The position numbers were made by a program, and so were the translations under genes. A stretch of DNA of 64,000 nt from Nostoc sp. DedSLP01. GTDB lineage: Bacteria; Cyanobacteriota; Cyanobacteriia; Cyanobacteriales; Nostocaceae. This document shows, one piece after another, positions 11,413 to 22,147 of the stretch. Location of the stretch: positions 128,001 to 192,000 of the forward strand of contig JAVRCJ020000003.1 of the NCBI GenBank assembly GCA_034530875.2, given 5' to 3'. Each line of letters begins with the position of its first letter. The stretch's first letter is position 1. The notes under the pieces are model-generated. The model was not told the DNA's origin. It saw nothing but the letters and a program-made list of their open reading frames with translations, and ran no database searches.

Positions 11413-12681
11413 ATGAGAAAAATTTTAATTTCTGCTGAAGAATTCCTCACAGTTATTTGCTTACTGATTTATGCAGGAACTCCATTAGACCCATTTTTGA
11501 CTGATGGTTATAGCGTACAAGAAGGTGATAGAACCATATTTCGAGTGTTTTTCACTTGTACATATTTATTGAGTACTTTATTAATTACTCTGCGCTGGAA
11601 GAAGGTTATTTCTGTTATTAGCAGAGAGAAACTTATTTGGCTATTACTTGGAGTTTGTGCGCTTTCTGCTATCTGGTCTTTAGATCCAGACACTACCATA
11701 CGTCGAGTTTTTGGCCTTATAGGAACAACGTTGTTTGGGGTTTATCTCGCTTCACGCTACACCTTAAAGGAACAACTGAAGTTATGTGCCTATATGTTTG
11801 CTATCTCAGGAATAGCGTGTTTACTAGTTGGTGTTTTAGTACCAAAATATGGCATTGGAGGAGAGGAATCTGCAACAGCTTGGCGAGGAATATATCCGCA
11901 AAAAAATGTTCTTGGTAAGAGGTTTGTACTTGGTGGAGCAACATTTTTGTTCCTGGCTATGACTACTCAAAAAAACCGTTGGCATTATTGGATTGGCTAT
12001 ATTCTTTCTGGGATACTTATAGTCTTATCAAGCTCAACAACATCTTTAGCGAATTTATTCGTCATTACAGCAAGTTTTCCTATATATCAACGAATTTTAC
12101 GCTTTAGGTATACAACAATGATACCTATATTGACGTTTATAGGAACTTTAAGCTTAGTTTTTTATGCCTGGTTTGTAACTTATGCCGATCAAATTTTGGG
12201 AAGCGTAGGTAAAGATACAACGCTTACTGGACGGGCAGAGCTATGGCCTGTTGTATTTGAGATGATTGAGAAAAAACCGTGGTTAGGATATGGCTATGGA
12301 GCATTTTGGCAAGGTTCTGATACTTCGGCTGCTAATTACGTACAAATGTCGATAGGATGGCCGGCTCCTACTGCTCACAATGGATTTCTAGATCTGTGGC
12401 TAGGTGTGGGTCTATTAGGACTCTTGGTTTTTTTCGCAGGTTTTGTAATTAATTTATCTAGAGCAATATATTTCATTCGCTTGAATAAAGCACATGAAAA
12501 TCAAGTGTGGTTATTAATTTATTTAACTTTTATAATTTTGGCTAATTTAACTGAAACTACATTAATAGAGCAAAATAGTATTGAATGGATACTTTATGTA
12601 TCAGCAATATTAACAAGTAAACTACCTACACATCCTAAGTTTGAGAAATACAATAAAAGGCTTAATGTACAGTTGGATTAA
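11413..12681 (+). CDS. Wzy polymerase / O-antigen ligase family (ExoQ-like)
   Basis: Multi-TM; WRGIYPQKNVLG, TLTGRAELW, PWLGYGYGAFW, AHNGFLDL. Confidence 0.88.
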   Translation: MRKILISAEEFLTVICLLIYAGTPLDPFLTDGYSVQEGDRTIFRVFFTCTYLLSTLLITLRWKKVISVISREKLIWLLLGVCALSAIWSLDPDTTIRRVFGLIGTTLFGVYLASRYTLKEQLKLCAYMFAISGIACLLVGVLVPKYGIGGEESATAWRGIYPQKNVLGKRFVLGGATFLFLAMTTQKNRWHYWIGYILSGILIVLSSSTTSLANLFVITASFPIYQRILRFRYTTMIPILTFIGTLSLVFYAWFVTYADQILGSVGKDTTLTGRAELWPVVFEMIEKKPWLGYGYGAFWQGSDTSAANYVQMSIGWPAPTAHNGFLDLWLGVGLLGLLVFFAGFVINLSRAIYFIRLNKAHENQVWLLIYLTFIILANLTETTLIEQNSIEWILYVSAILTSKLPTHPKFEKYNKRLNVQLD

Positions 12682-12888
12682 GTTGCTATTGGTTCGCGAA
12701 AATTCCAAGATTCAAACACTTTGGTTTAGACAGACCCAATTGCAGTAAAAATGTCTCAATTAAAATATATACATCTATTGTTTTGTTCAAATTTTTAGCT
12801 ACAAATTTTGATAAAAAATAATTTATGAGTGTTGAGTTAATCGATTAACAGAAAATGATGACTTTTTGCACAATTCAAGATAAAGCTG

Positions 12889-13989
12889 ATGTCTGAAACC
12901 AATACTATCAAAATTATAATGTTAGGCCCTAGCTTACTTCAGCAGGGTGGAATTTCTGGTTACGAGAAGCTTTTTTTGGAATATGCTCCTTCTGAAGTCA
13001 AAATATCTCATATTCTTACTCACGAAGAAGGATCCGTAGCAATCAAAATCATGGTATTTTTGAAAGCTATATGGAAGTTTGTGTGGATATTGGTAACCGA
13101 GGAAGTTGATATTGTTCAACTTCAGATTTCGCAGCGTGGTAGTGTTTTACGACAAGCTATTATGACATTTCTAGCTTGGCTATTCCATAAGCGAATCATA
13201 ATACACGCTCATGGAAGTCAATTTCATCTGTTCTACGCTGGTCTAAGAAAATCAATACAGCAGTTGCTAAGTTGGATATTTGGCAAGTGCCAAAAGTTAA
13301 TTGTCTTGTCAGAAAGTTGGAAAAGCTTTTATATAGAAAACCTGGGACTCAAACCAGAACAAGTTGTAGTTTTTTACAATCCAGTAAAAGTTCCTGTCGA
13401 AGTTCCACATCGTTCTGTATCTGAGAAAGTTAACTTACTTTTTTTAGGACGAATTGGACAACGTAAAGGAGCATTTGATTTGATTGAAGCCTTTTCTCTT
13501 CTGCCTATTGAATATAAAAATAGAGCGAGTTTGATTATGGCAGGAGACGGGGATTTAGAACAAGCACGGAATTTAGTTAAAACTCTAAATCTTGATAATT
13601 ATATCAAGCTACCTGGTTGGATAGGAACTAACGAACGTGATATTCTTCTATCTCAAGCAGATGTATTTGTTTTGCCTTCTTACAATGAAGGTCTTCCATT
13701 AGCAATCTTAGAAGCAATGGCTTGGGAGCTACCAGTGATAGTTACACCAGTGGGAGGTATACCTGAGATAGTTACTCAATCTGAAAACGGATTAATCGTT
13801 AACCCAGGTAATATTGAAGAATTATCAAATGCTCTTAAGTCATTGATTGAAAATGACACTTTGAGGCTTTCTCTAGGAGAAAAGGCAAGAATAACTGTTT
13901 TTCCTTTAGATATTAAAAAACATTGGGTTGGTTTTATGGATCTATATCACTCAGTGTTGAATTACGATCCTAGAGAAGAAAACTCTTAG
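12889..13989 (+). CDS. Glycosyltransferase family 4
   Basis: FLGRIGQRKG, ADVFVLPSYNEGLPLAILEAMA (EX7E). Confidence 0.93.
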   Translation: MSETNTIKIIMLGPSLLQQGGISGYEKLFLEYAPSEVKISHILTHEEGSVAIKIMVFLKAIWKFVWILVTEEVDIVQLQISQRGSVLRQAIMTFLAWLFHKRIIIHAHGSQFHLFYAGLRKSIQQLLSWIFGKCQKLIVLSESWKSFYIENLGLKPEQVVVFYNPVKVPVEVPHRSVSEKVNLLFLGRIGQRKGAFDLIEAFSLLPIEYKNRASLIMAGDGDLEQARNLVKTLNLDNYIKLPGWIGTNERDILLSQADVFVLPSYNEGLPLAILEAMAWELPVIVTPVGGIPEIVTQSENGLIVNPGNIEELSNALKSLIENDTLRLSLGEKARITVFPLDIKKHWVGFMDLYHSVLNYDPREENS

Positions 13990-14031
13990 GCTTAGATGTT
14001 TTGTACTGTATGAAACAATAACAACATAGAT

Positions 14032-15333
14032 ATGAAAATTAGCATTTTTGGTTTGGGATATGTCGGTGCAGTAACAGCAGCTTGCTTGGCACGAGATGGA
14101 CATGAAGTAATTGGGGTAGATGTCAATCCCGACAAAGTAGATTTAATCGCTAAGGGAGAGTCGCCTATTGTAGAGCCAGGGCTGAGTCAGTTGCTATTAG
14201 ACGGAGTGGCAGCTAACTTAATTACAGCTACTACAAATACTGAAGCGGCAGTACTAGCATCAGATGTTTCACTGATTAGCGTTGGTACGCCCTCAATAGA
14301 AAGGGGAGAACCCGATCTAACTTATGTGTGGAATGTGTGCAAGCAAATTGGTAAAGCCGCTAGCCAAAAGAATGGAAGCCATGTAGTTGTCTTGCGTAGC
14401 ACCGTTCCCCCAGGAACATTAGAAAAATGCCAAAATCTGCTAGAAAGTATTACAGGTGATAGTTCTATTCATCTGGCATTTAATCCAGAGTTTTTACGCG
14501 AAGGTACGGCGATCAAAGATTACGATCTACCACCTTATACGATTATCGGTACTGAATCTCCTGTGGCAGAAGCAGCAGTGCGGCAGATGTACTCCAGTGT
14601 CGATGCACCGTTCATTGTAGTCCAGCCAGCTGTGGCAGAAATGGTGAAATATGTGGCTAACTGCTGGCACGCTGCTAAGGTGGGCTTTGCTAATGAAATC
14701 GGACGGGTTGCCAAAGCTTTTGGCGTCGATGGGCGAGAAGTAATGAACATAATTGTCCAGGACACGAAATTAAATATTTCCCCTGTTTACATGCGTCCTG
14801 GATTTGCTTACGGTGGTTCCTGTCTGCCCAAAGATTTGGGTTCTTTGCTTTACCACGCACGGAATATGGATGTACCAGTTCCTCTACTAAATGCCCTTCC
14901 AACTACTAACACTCTGCAAGTTGATTTAGCTGCCCAACAGGTGTTACGTCTTGGAGTTAGAGATATTGCCCTCTTGGGATTGGCATTCAAACCAGGTACA
15001 GATGATTTAAGAGAAAGTCCAGCAGTGCTACTGGTCAAGCGGTTGATTGGGGAAGGCTGCCAGGTGAAAATTTATGACCCGGCTGTGTATCAGGCTCGAC
15101 TGATGGGAACTAACCTTGCCTATATCCAGAGTAACCTCCCCCACTTTGAAGCCTTGCTAGTACCTAATTCTCAAGAAGCTTTGGAAGGAGCAGAACTGGC
15201 AGTGGTTACTCACGCTACACCAGAGTTTCGCCAAGTGCTACTAGAAGCGCCCAAAGAAATGCAAATTTTGGATTTAGCTGGAGTCTTTAATCAAACATCT
15301 AAGGAGTCAAGTTATCATGGCATCGCGTGGTAG
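14032..15333 (+). CDS. algD: GDP-mannose 6-dehydrogenase (AlgD-like nucleotide-sugar dehydrogenase)
   Basis: ISIFGLGYVG, NPEFLRE.TAIKDYD.PP, WHAAKV.FANEIG, GVDGREVM, YMRPGFAYGGSCLPKD, FKPGTDDLRESP; these match Pseudomonas AlgD as I remember it better than typical Ugd. Confidence 0.82.
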   Translation: MKISIFGLGYVGAVTAACLARDGHEVIGVDVNPDKVDLIAKGESPIVEPGLSQLLLDGVAANLITATTNTEAAVLASDVSLISVGTPSIERGEPDLTYVWNVCKQIGKAASQKNGSHVVVLRSTVPPGTLEKCQNLLESITGDSSIHLAFNPEFLREGTAIKDYDLPPYTIIGTESPVAEAAVRQMYSSVDAPFIVVQPAVAEMVKYVANCWHAAKVGFANEIGRVAKAFGVDGREVMNIIVQDTKLNISPVYMRPGFAYGGSCLPKDLGSLLYHARNMDVPVPLLNALPTTNTLQVDLAAQQVLRLGVRDIALLGLAFKPGTDDLRESPAVLLVKRLIGEGCQVKIYDPAVYQARLMGTNLAYIQSNLPHFEALLVPNSQEALEGAELAVVTHATPEFRQVLLEAPKEMQILDLAGVFNQTSKESSYHGIAW

Positions 15334-16552
15334 GGTACTGATTATTGTTGAGAATCTCCCGCTTCCTTTCGATCGCCGTGTATGGATGGAATCCAATACT
15401 CTGATCAAAGCTGGGTATGAAGTTTCGGTAATTTGCCCCAAGGGTAAAGGGTTTGAAGAAGAATACGAAGTAATTGATGGCGTTCACATTTATCGCCATC
15501 CAATGCCGCCAGATATTAGTTCGGTTTCAGGTTATCTCAAGGAGTACGCTACAGCACTATATTGGGAGTTTCGCCTTGCTCATCGGGTGTGGAAAGAAAG
15601 GGGTTTTGATATAGTCCACATTTGCAATCCTCCAGATTTACTATTTTTAGTGGCCGGATGGTTCAAATTATTCAAAGGTGTAAAAGTCATATTTGACCAT
15701 CATGATATCAATCTGGAGATGTACGAGGCTAAATATGGACGAAGAGATATCTTCTACTATGGACTGGCCTTAGTCGAACGATTGACCTTTGCAACAGCAG
15801 ACGTAGTTATTTCTACTAATGAGTCTTATCTATCGGTAGCCCTCACCCGCGGACGCAAGAATCCAGAGGATGTCTTTGTTGTTCGTAGCGGCCCCGATCT
15901 TTCTCGCTTCCAACCCGTACCGCCTAACCCGGTTTATCGTCGGGGTCGCAAGTATTTGGTCGGGTATGTTGGTGTTATGGGAGAACCAGAGGGAATCGAT
16001 TATCTCCTGCAATCAGTGCGGTACATTGTTTATGAAAAGAAGCGCACCGACATTCAATTTATGCTTATCGGTAGCGGGCCAATGTTTGAGAAGCTGCAAG
16101 CATTATCTCAAGAATTAGAAGTTAATGAATTTGTAGAATTTACGGGGCGTATTCCTGATGGCGAACTTCTAGAAAGACTTTCCAGTTGCGATGTCTGTGC
16201 CAACCCCGATAAAAAAATGCCCTACAACGACCGTTCGACCATGAACAAGATCATGGAGTACATGGCAATGGGAAAACCCATTGTTCAGTTTGACCTTTTG
16301 GAAGGAAGGCGATCGGCAGAAGGAGCATCTGTTTATGCTAAAGGCAACGACGTGGTGGATTTTGCCGAAAAGATGATTGAACTTCTAGAGGATAGCGAAC
16401 GGCGACAGCAAATGGGAGAGTTAGGTAGGCAAAGAATGGTGGACAAACTAGAATGGCGACATCAAGTTCCTAAGTTGTTAGAAGCTTATAACAAAGTTTG
16501 GCAGCGTAAGAAAGAGCCTAAACTTGAATCTAGTAAGCAACTTCAACAGTAA
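15317..16552 (+). CDS. Glycosyltransferase family 4 (overlaps the algD-like gene by 17 bp)
   Basis: VENLPLPFDRRVW, FDHHD, YVGVMG, NKIMEYMAMGKPIV. Confidence 0.9.
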   Translation: MASRGRVLIIVENLPLPFDRRVWMESNTLIKAGYEVSVICPKGKGFEEEYEVIDGVHIYRHPMPPDISSVSGYLKEYATALYWEFRLAHRVWKERGFDIVHICNPPDLLFLVAGWFKLFKGVKVIFDHHDINLEMYEAKYGRRDIFYYGLALVERLTFATADVVISTNESYLSVALTRGRKNPEDVFVVRSGPDLSRFQPVPPNPVYRRGRKYLVGYVGVMGEPEGIDYLLQSVRYIVYEKKRTDIQFMLIGSGPMFEKLQALSQELEVNEFVEFTGRIPDGELLERLSSCDVCANPDKKMPYNDRSTMNKIMEYMAMGKPIVQFDLLEGRRSAEGASVYAKGNDVVDFAEKMIELLEDSERRQQMGELGRQRMVDKLEWRHQVPKLLEAYNKVWQRKKEPKLESSKQLQQ

Positions 16553-17026
16553 CAATGAAAAATCTTTAAAAAAATGTGCTGCTGCTAAAAAAATAATTTA
16601 TTGTGCGGCAGCTCAACATGAATTATTTTCTACTTTTTGCTTATAAATAAAGCCCTGATAGCTGTTGCGACCATAACAATTAAGCGATCGCTCTACTCCC
16701 TTGCTTAATGTTACAACCATAGTGATAATGCTACACTAAGGGCTTATACCACTCAATGTGTAACAGCAAGCCAAACAAGCATCAAATAGTATCATCTCTG
16801 CTTTCAATAACTCTACTAAATACGAATAAATATTTGCTTGAGATGGATCAAACCAAAGCCTGTAGACGATTTCAGCGCTTTGTAACTTAGATAGTATATA
16901 CTATATGTCATATTGTAAAATACCAGTAGTTTTATTTATAGTCGTGCTTTCTACCTACTCAATTATCTAGTTACTACATAGATCGATATTGAATTTCTCG
17001 CTGAAAACCTGCACCTTTGAATATTT

Positions 17027-19258
17027 ATGTCAGAAAAATCTATGGAATCTAGAGAATCTATTGATTTAGACCTCAGTCGTTACTTATCGATGTTGAAAAG
17101 GTGGTGGCTACCTGCCACCACTATATTTGTAGCTACAGTTATGCTCAGTGTAGTGGCTACAAGGTTTATGAAGCCATCCTATGAAGCAGAAGGAAAACTA
17201 TTATTCAAGATTCCCTCTTTTAAGGTAGTAGGATCTAATCTTTTGCCAACAAGCACAGAAGGAGGAGGTACAGGAGATCTCAAATCCCTGATAGCATCTC
17301 AAAACCCTATAAATACACAGATAGAAGTTATTTCTTCTCCTGCTTTATTGCAGAAGACCATAGATAAATTACAACTCAAAGATTCAGAAGGGCAACCTCT
17401 GACAGTCAAAACTTTACAAAAATCGCTGGTATTAAAAATTGTTGGTGGCACGGACGTATTAAGAATTACTTACTCCAGCCTTGACCCTGAAGAAGCTGCC
17501 GCAGTAGTCAACACTGTGATGAATGCTTATCTAGAAAACGATATTCTCACAAATCGTTCAGAAGCAGCGGCAACTCGTCAATTTATTGCAAGACAAATTC
17601 CGAAAACTCAAGAGGCTGTTGATAAAGCAGAGCGAGAGTTACGTATTTTCAAACAAAAGAACCGAATTGCAGATCTATCAGAAGAAACAAAGTCAGCCGT
17701 TGGAATTATTGGCAATTTAAATAACGAAATTAACACAGTTCAAGCTCAATTAGATGAAGTCAACGCTCAAACCAACGAACTGCGGCAGAAAGTAAATTTA
17801 AGTTCTCAAAACGCTCTGGCTGTCAGTGCCTTAAGTCAGTCACCTGCTGTACAGGGAATCCTGGCACAACTTCAAGATATTGACCGACAGTTAGCCAGCG
17901 AGCGTAGCCGTTTCCAAGATAATAACCCAACAATTATTAGTCTAGAGGAAAAAAAAGCTAACTTAAGAGCTTTGCTACAGCAGCAAATTTCCCAGACTGT
18001 TGGGAACAACGCACAAGTTCCTCAGAATTTATTGCAGATTGGAGAACTCAGACAAAACCTGATCCAAAATTTTCTGCAATCAGAAGTGCAACGCTTTGGC
18101 TTAAGTCAAAGACTCGCTTCTTTGTATAATTCTCGCACTAACTACGAACAGCGCGTCAAAGTCATACCGCAATTAGTACAAAATCAGCGCGAATTAGAAC
18201 GGAAAGTTGAAGTTGCAGAATCAACATATCAAGGTTTATTGAGAAAAGTTCAAGAATTACAGTTAGTTGAGAATACAAATACAGCCAGTTCCCGAATTAT
18301 TGCTCAGGCTTTAGTACCCAGCGATCCGGTAACAGGCAAAAAAATTATTGTCTTGCTCTTAGGAGTAATGGCCGGTTTATTTTTGGCTACTACAACTGTT
18401 CTCATCTTAGGTATGAGAGATAGATCTATCAAAACACTCAAAGAAGTTAGAGAAATCTTTAAACATACCTTGCTGGGAATTATTCCTTTATCTGTTAAAA
18501 AGGTTCGTTCTCGTTATTCAAGTACAGAATCAATAGCTCAAACAGTTGCTGTCCGAGATATGCCTCACTCGCTAACAAGTGAGATGTATCGGATGATTCA
18601 AGCAAATCTCAAATTCTTGAGTTCTGATAAAGTACTAAAAACAATTGTAGTAACAAGCTCGGTTCCTAAAGAAGGTAAGTCTACAGTTTCGGCTAATTTG
18701 GCAGCAGCGATCGCTCAGCTAGGACGTAAAGTTTTACTAATTGATGCAGATATGCGAGTTCCTTCTCAGCATCATCTGTGGCAGCTTACTAATGCAGTTG
18801 GTTTAAGTGAGGTTCTTGTAGGCCAAGCAGAATTTACCACAGCTGTATCTAAAGCTATGGATAACCTTGATGTCTTAACTGCTGGAGTTAGACCTCCTAA
18901 CCCACTTGCTTTGCTTGACTCTAAACGCATGGCATCATTAATTGATAGTTTCTCATCTAAATATGACTACGATTTTGTAATTATCGATGCTCCACCCTTG
19001 CTTCTAGCGGCTGATGCTCTAACTTTAAGCCAAATGACCGATGGGATTTTATTAGTAGCAAGACCAGGGGTAATAGATTCTAACAGTGCTAATGCTACTC
19101 AAGAAATGTTAGAAAGATCCAACTATAATGTCTTAGGTTTAGTTGTCAATGGAATCATTGATAAAAACGAATCAAGCACATATCTATATCATGGTCACGA
19201 ATATTTTCAGCCAAAAGAGTTGAAAAAAGAGTTAAAGGGACTTGTGAGAAAAAAATAA
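17027..19258 (+). CDS. wzc: Wzc-type polysaccharide co-polymerase / tyrosine autokinase (GumC family)
   Basis: Two TMs around a coiled coil; Walker A PKEGKST, LLIDADMR, VIIDAPP; C-terminal tyrosines (YLYHGHEY). Confidence 0.92.
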   Translation: MSEKSMESRESIDLDLSRYLSMLKRWWLPATTIFVATVMLSVVATRFMKPSYEAEGKLLFKIPSFKVVGSNLLPTSTEGGGTGDLKSLIASQNPINTQIEVISSPALLQKTIDKLQLKDSEGQPLTVKTLQKSLVLKIVGGTDVLRITYSSLDPEEAAAVVNTVMNAYLENDILTNRSEAAATRQFIARQIPKTQEAVDKAERELRIFKQKNRIADLSEETKSAVGIIGNLNNEINTVQAQLDEVNAQTNELRQKVNLSSQNALAVSALSQSPAVQGILAQLQDIDRQLASERSRFQDNNPTIISLEEKKANLRALLQQQISQTVGNNAQVPQNLLQIGELRQNLIQNFLQSEVQRFGLSQRLASLYNSRTNYEQRVKVIPQLVQNQRELERKVEVAESTYQGLLRKVQELQLVENTNTASSRIIAQALVPSDPVTGKKIIVLLLGVMAGLFLATTTVLILGMRDRSIKTLKEVREIFKHTLLGIIPLSVKKVRSRYSSTESIAQTVAVRDMPHSLTSEMYRMIQANLKFLSSDKVLKTIVVTSSVPKEGKSTVSANLAAAIAQLGRKVLLIDADMRVPSQHHLWQLTNAVGLSEVLVGQAEFTTAVSKAMDNLDVLTAGVRPPNPLALLDSKRMASLIDSFSSKYDYDFVIIDAPPLLLAADALTLSQMTDGILLVARPGVIDSNSANATQEMLERSNYNVLGLVVNGIIDKNESSTYLYHGHEYFQPKELKKELKGLVRKK

Positions 19259-19347
19259 AACTTTCATAGTTATGTTGGTTCTACCAACCCCTCGATCGCA
19301 ATTCAAGTCTCATTAAGCTCAAAGCCTTCTACAGCAAAATTAATTTT

Positions 19348-19373
19348 AGCGGAGCATAGAAAGCTCCGCTTTT
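19348..19373 (+). terminator. Probable intrinsic terminator after wzc
   Basis: AGCGGAGC-7 nt loop-GCTCCGCT followed by TTT. Confidence 0.55.
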
Positions 19374-19541
19374 ATATAAGGTTTAATAAGTTCAATAAAT
19401 TAAGGCGATCGCACTGCAAAGATAGTGCTTTTGAGGTTGGTTTAGGAATTTTCAATTAAAAAAAGCGTTGCTTCTAAGGGCGCAACACTTTCTTTATGCC
19501 TCTACTATAAAAATACAGCTTCAGGTAAATGAAGTACACAA

Positions 19542-19569
19542 GTAAGGGCGCATAGCTATGCACCCCTAC
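19542..19569. repeat. GTAG-type REP-like palindrome
   Basis: GTAAGGGCGCATAGCTATGCACCCCTAC imperfect dyad; similar elements at 46604-46627 and 48234-48264. Confidence 0.5.
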
Positions 19570-20104
19570 GATTATCTGTACCTAACCAAGCTGCAATGTG
19601 CTGCAATTTTAGATAATTGATTTTCTGGTATTTTTTTCATTGCTACAGAAAACTGGCTGAAAAATTAAAAATTTTTTTTATATGAATTCAAGCATAGTTG
19701 AGAAAATAAACTTATTGTCAAAAACAGGTAACAACAAACTTTTAAGCCTGTTGCTCATTTGCTGTTTTCTGCTATACCAGTAATACAAATTCAAAATTCA
19801 CGCATTAAAAATTCAGACAGGATAAGAGTTTAGGACTGTGTATCTGTCCTATTCTTTTTTCAAATTGGTATAACTTTTCAGCGTCAAAAAAATAAGCCAA
19901 TGATGAATTAGAAAAATAGGTTGCAGACAAAAACTCTGTAAAAATTAGAATTCTGCCGTACAACGCTATTGAGAGCAAAGTAGAGGTCTGGAGAAAAAAG
20001 ATTTTCAGTAGAAGCCGTGCCCCTTATGGGCACAATCTTCTGGAGTAGAGCTGGTTGATGCTCCTGTGCTAGTGTCCTAGACCTCTGACTTTTTCTGACT
20101 ACTA

Positions 20105-21526
20105 TTAAATTTCGTATGCTCCTCTATCGGGTTTTGAACCCTTGGCACGAGAGCTGCCTGCAAAATCGCTTGTCACAGGATCAAACCTCATACCACTATT
20201 GATTGCTGGACTCGACGATCTGAGCCTAAAATTACTTCCGGCATTAACAAACTGTGGATCTGCCACAATATCATTTGGCCCTTTACCACTTGCACCTAAC
20301 AGGGTGTTGTACAGGTTGTAGTTAAAAACAGTGTTGGAATTTTTTCGGCTATTCATGTATATCTGTTGGCCACTTTGAGAAACCAGAATGTTATTGAGAA
20401 CTCTGACATTACTGGTATTATTCATCGAGATTTGACCGTATTCAATTTCTGGAGTTTGGCTATTGTAATAGGAAGTGTTGTGGATAATGTCGATGTTATT
20501 ACTTTTGAATGCATGAATCCCGCCACCACCATTTCGATATACAAGGTTGTTAGCAATCAAAGTACGGCCTCGATATCCAGTTTCAGCTAAGCGATCGAGA
20601 ATTATTCCATTACCGTCTTGCTTCTTCCCAGTATTAATCCAAGGAACGAGCATCTTATTGTTGTATACTCTGTTTCTCGTGATAAACATTCTATAGCCCT
20701 GGTTACCGTCATAGCTCCAGTTCTTGAGGAACGAAATGCCACTACCACCGAAGGGTGAATACCAGGCATTATTGTATACATCATTGCCATCTACTGTTAC
20801 ATAATCTGTCTGAATTCCGATAATGCCTCCTCCTCCACAGTCACGTATCTCGTTGTTAAGAATACGTATATGATGAGGATGGCGTTTCGATCGCCCATCT
20901 ATAGTGAGGCAGTTTCCACTGGTTCGTGCGTTTGAGACGTTATACCTTTGGCTCATGGCATAGCCAAGACTGATTCTCTCATTGTTACCTTCAATTTCTA
21001 TGCCCTTGACCTCGATATACGAAGCTCCATCTTTAATCCAAACTCCATGCCATCCATCGAACTCAATTTTCGGGGAATGTCCAGGATAGGCTTTATATGC
21101 GATCCATCCATTTGATGAACCAGAGCGTGTAATCGTTAATACTGCTCCTGAGTTTGAATTCTTGTATACTCCGTTCATCAGGAGTACTGTATCCCCAGGT
21201 TTGGTAAGGTTTGCCGCCCTTTGAGGCGTTCTAAACGCAGATGAGGGACTAAGCCCGCTATTTCTGTCGTTTCCACTGCCACTCACATAAAATGTTGTCC
21301 CTCCAATAGCACTGATTAAGGTGCGTTTGGGTAATTTCTTTTCTTGAACGGTAGATAATTGACGGTCGTCTGTAAATGATGATTGACGAACGTTTGTAAC
21401 TGATGATTGACGAATACCTGTAACTAAAGACTCTGTTATTTTCTGACCTTGAACCACACCAACTAGTGCCCAGGGGAGTACAACAGATGCACTCAAACTG
21501 AGAAAACCCAAACCATGAATCATCAT
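20105..21526 (-). CDS. Secreted right-handed parallel beta-helix protein (pectin-lyase-like fold)
   Basis: Signal-peptide-like N-terminus; FYVSGSGND...AFRT...PGDTVLL; Asn/Gly-rich beta-helix repeats; C-terminal F.L...SPAI..G...D.GAYE. Confidence 0.85.
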   Translation of the reverse strand: MMIHGLGFLSLSASVVLPWALVGVVQGQKITESLVTGIRQSSVTNVRQSSFTDDRQLSTVQEKKLPKRTLISAIGGTTFYVSGSGNDRNSGLSPSSAFRTPQRAANLTKPGDTVLLMNGVYKNSNSGAVLTITRSGSSNGWIAYKAYPGHSPKIEFDGWHGVWIKDGASYIEVKGIEIEGNNERISLGYAMSQRYNVSNARTSGNCLTIDGRSKRHPHHIRILNNEIRDCGGGGIIGIQTDYVTVDGNDVYNNAWYSPFGGSGISFLKNWSYDGNQGYRMFITRNRVYNNKMLVPWINTGKKQDGNGIILDRLAETGYRGRTLIANNLVYRNGGGGIHAFKSNNIDIIHNTSYYNSQTPEIEYGQISMNNTSNVRVLNNILVSQSGQQIYMNSRKNSNTVFNYNLYNTLLGASGKGPNDIVADPQFVNAGSNFRLRSSSPAINSGMRFDPVTSDFAGSSRAKGSKPDRGAYEI

Positions 21527-21726
21527 AGGAAAAAAAGGTTATGTTGCAAAAACTGAACTGTTAACGGTTACTAACTCTAGCCTTAGTAAGTAACTCAGCG
21601 AGCGATACGGTAGTGTAACTGCCGTTTGTAAGTTTATACACGGTTTTTTAGGTTTGCACCTGCGAATTTCCGCGTAAATATTTTGGAAATGCTTTTTGAG
21701 AGTGTGTTCCAAAAATTGGGAAAATT

Positions 21727-21769
21727 ATAGTAAAAATACTGAGAAAAAATCAGAAGTAACCATAATTAC
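21727..21769 (-). promoter_or_regulatory. Candidate NtcA-activated promoter of the beta-helix gene
   Basis: GTA-ACCATAAT-TAC at 21756-21769; minus-strand TACTAT (-10) 23 nt away and TATAAT 26 nt away. Confidence 0.35.
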
Positions 21770-21928
21770 CCTCTTAATGAACACTAAGCATCCGTACAAA
21801 TGGCGTCTTTCTTAATTCGACATCATTCTACTGTGTATATGCGGGATCTGTAGTTGAGATAGTGTATCTCTCATCAATGAGTTAATTTACTTAAATAATA
21901 CTTATAATAATGAGAATCACCAGATGTC

Positions 21929-21967
21929 TAAAAACAAGGCGGAGACGAGTTTATCTCGCCTCCGCTT
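21929..21967 (-). terminator. Probable terminator downstream of wza
   Basis: GCGGAG.CGAG/CTCG.CTCCGC stem; the plus-strand A/C mismatch is a G-U pair on the minus strand; followed by CTTGTTTTT on minus. Confidence 0.55.
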
Positions 21968-22147
21968 CCAAAATATTCTCATTATCATCAGAATTCAGAG
22001 TAACTACAATAGGCTTTCAAACAGCCTATCGATGCAGATTGAGAATTTTTCAGTAAAAGTTCTAGATTTTACAGTATTTGTCAATTATCTAAATTTTGGG
22101 GATCGGTAAGATTGACCAACGTCCCCAATTTAAATCTGAATCTTCAA

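Noticed and set aside
14032..21526. Alginate biosynthesis operon
   Set aside because: No alg8/alg44/algK/algE-like genes; the surrounding machinery is Wzx/Wzy/Wzc.
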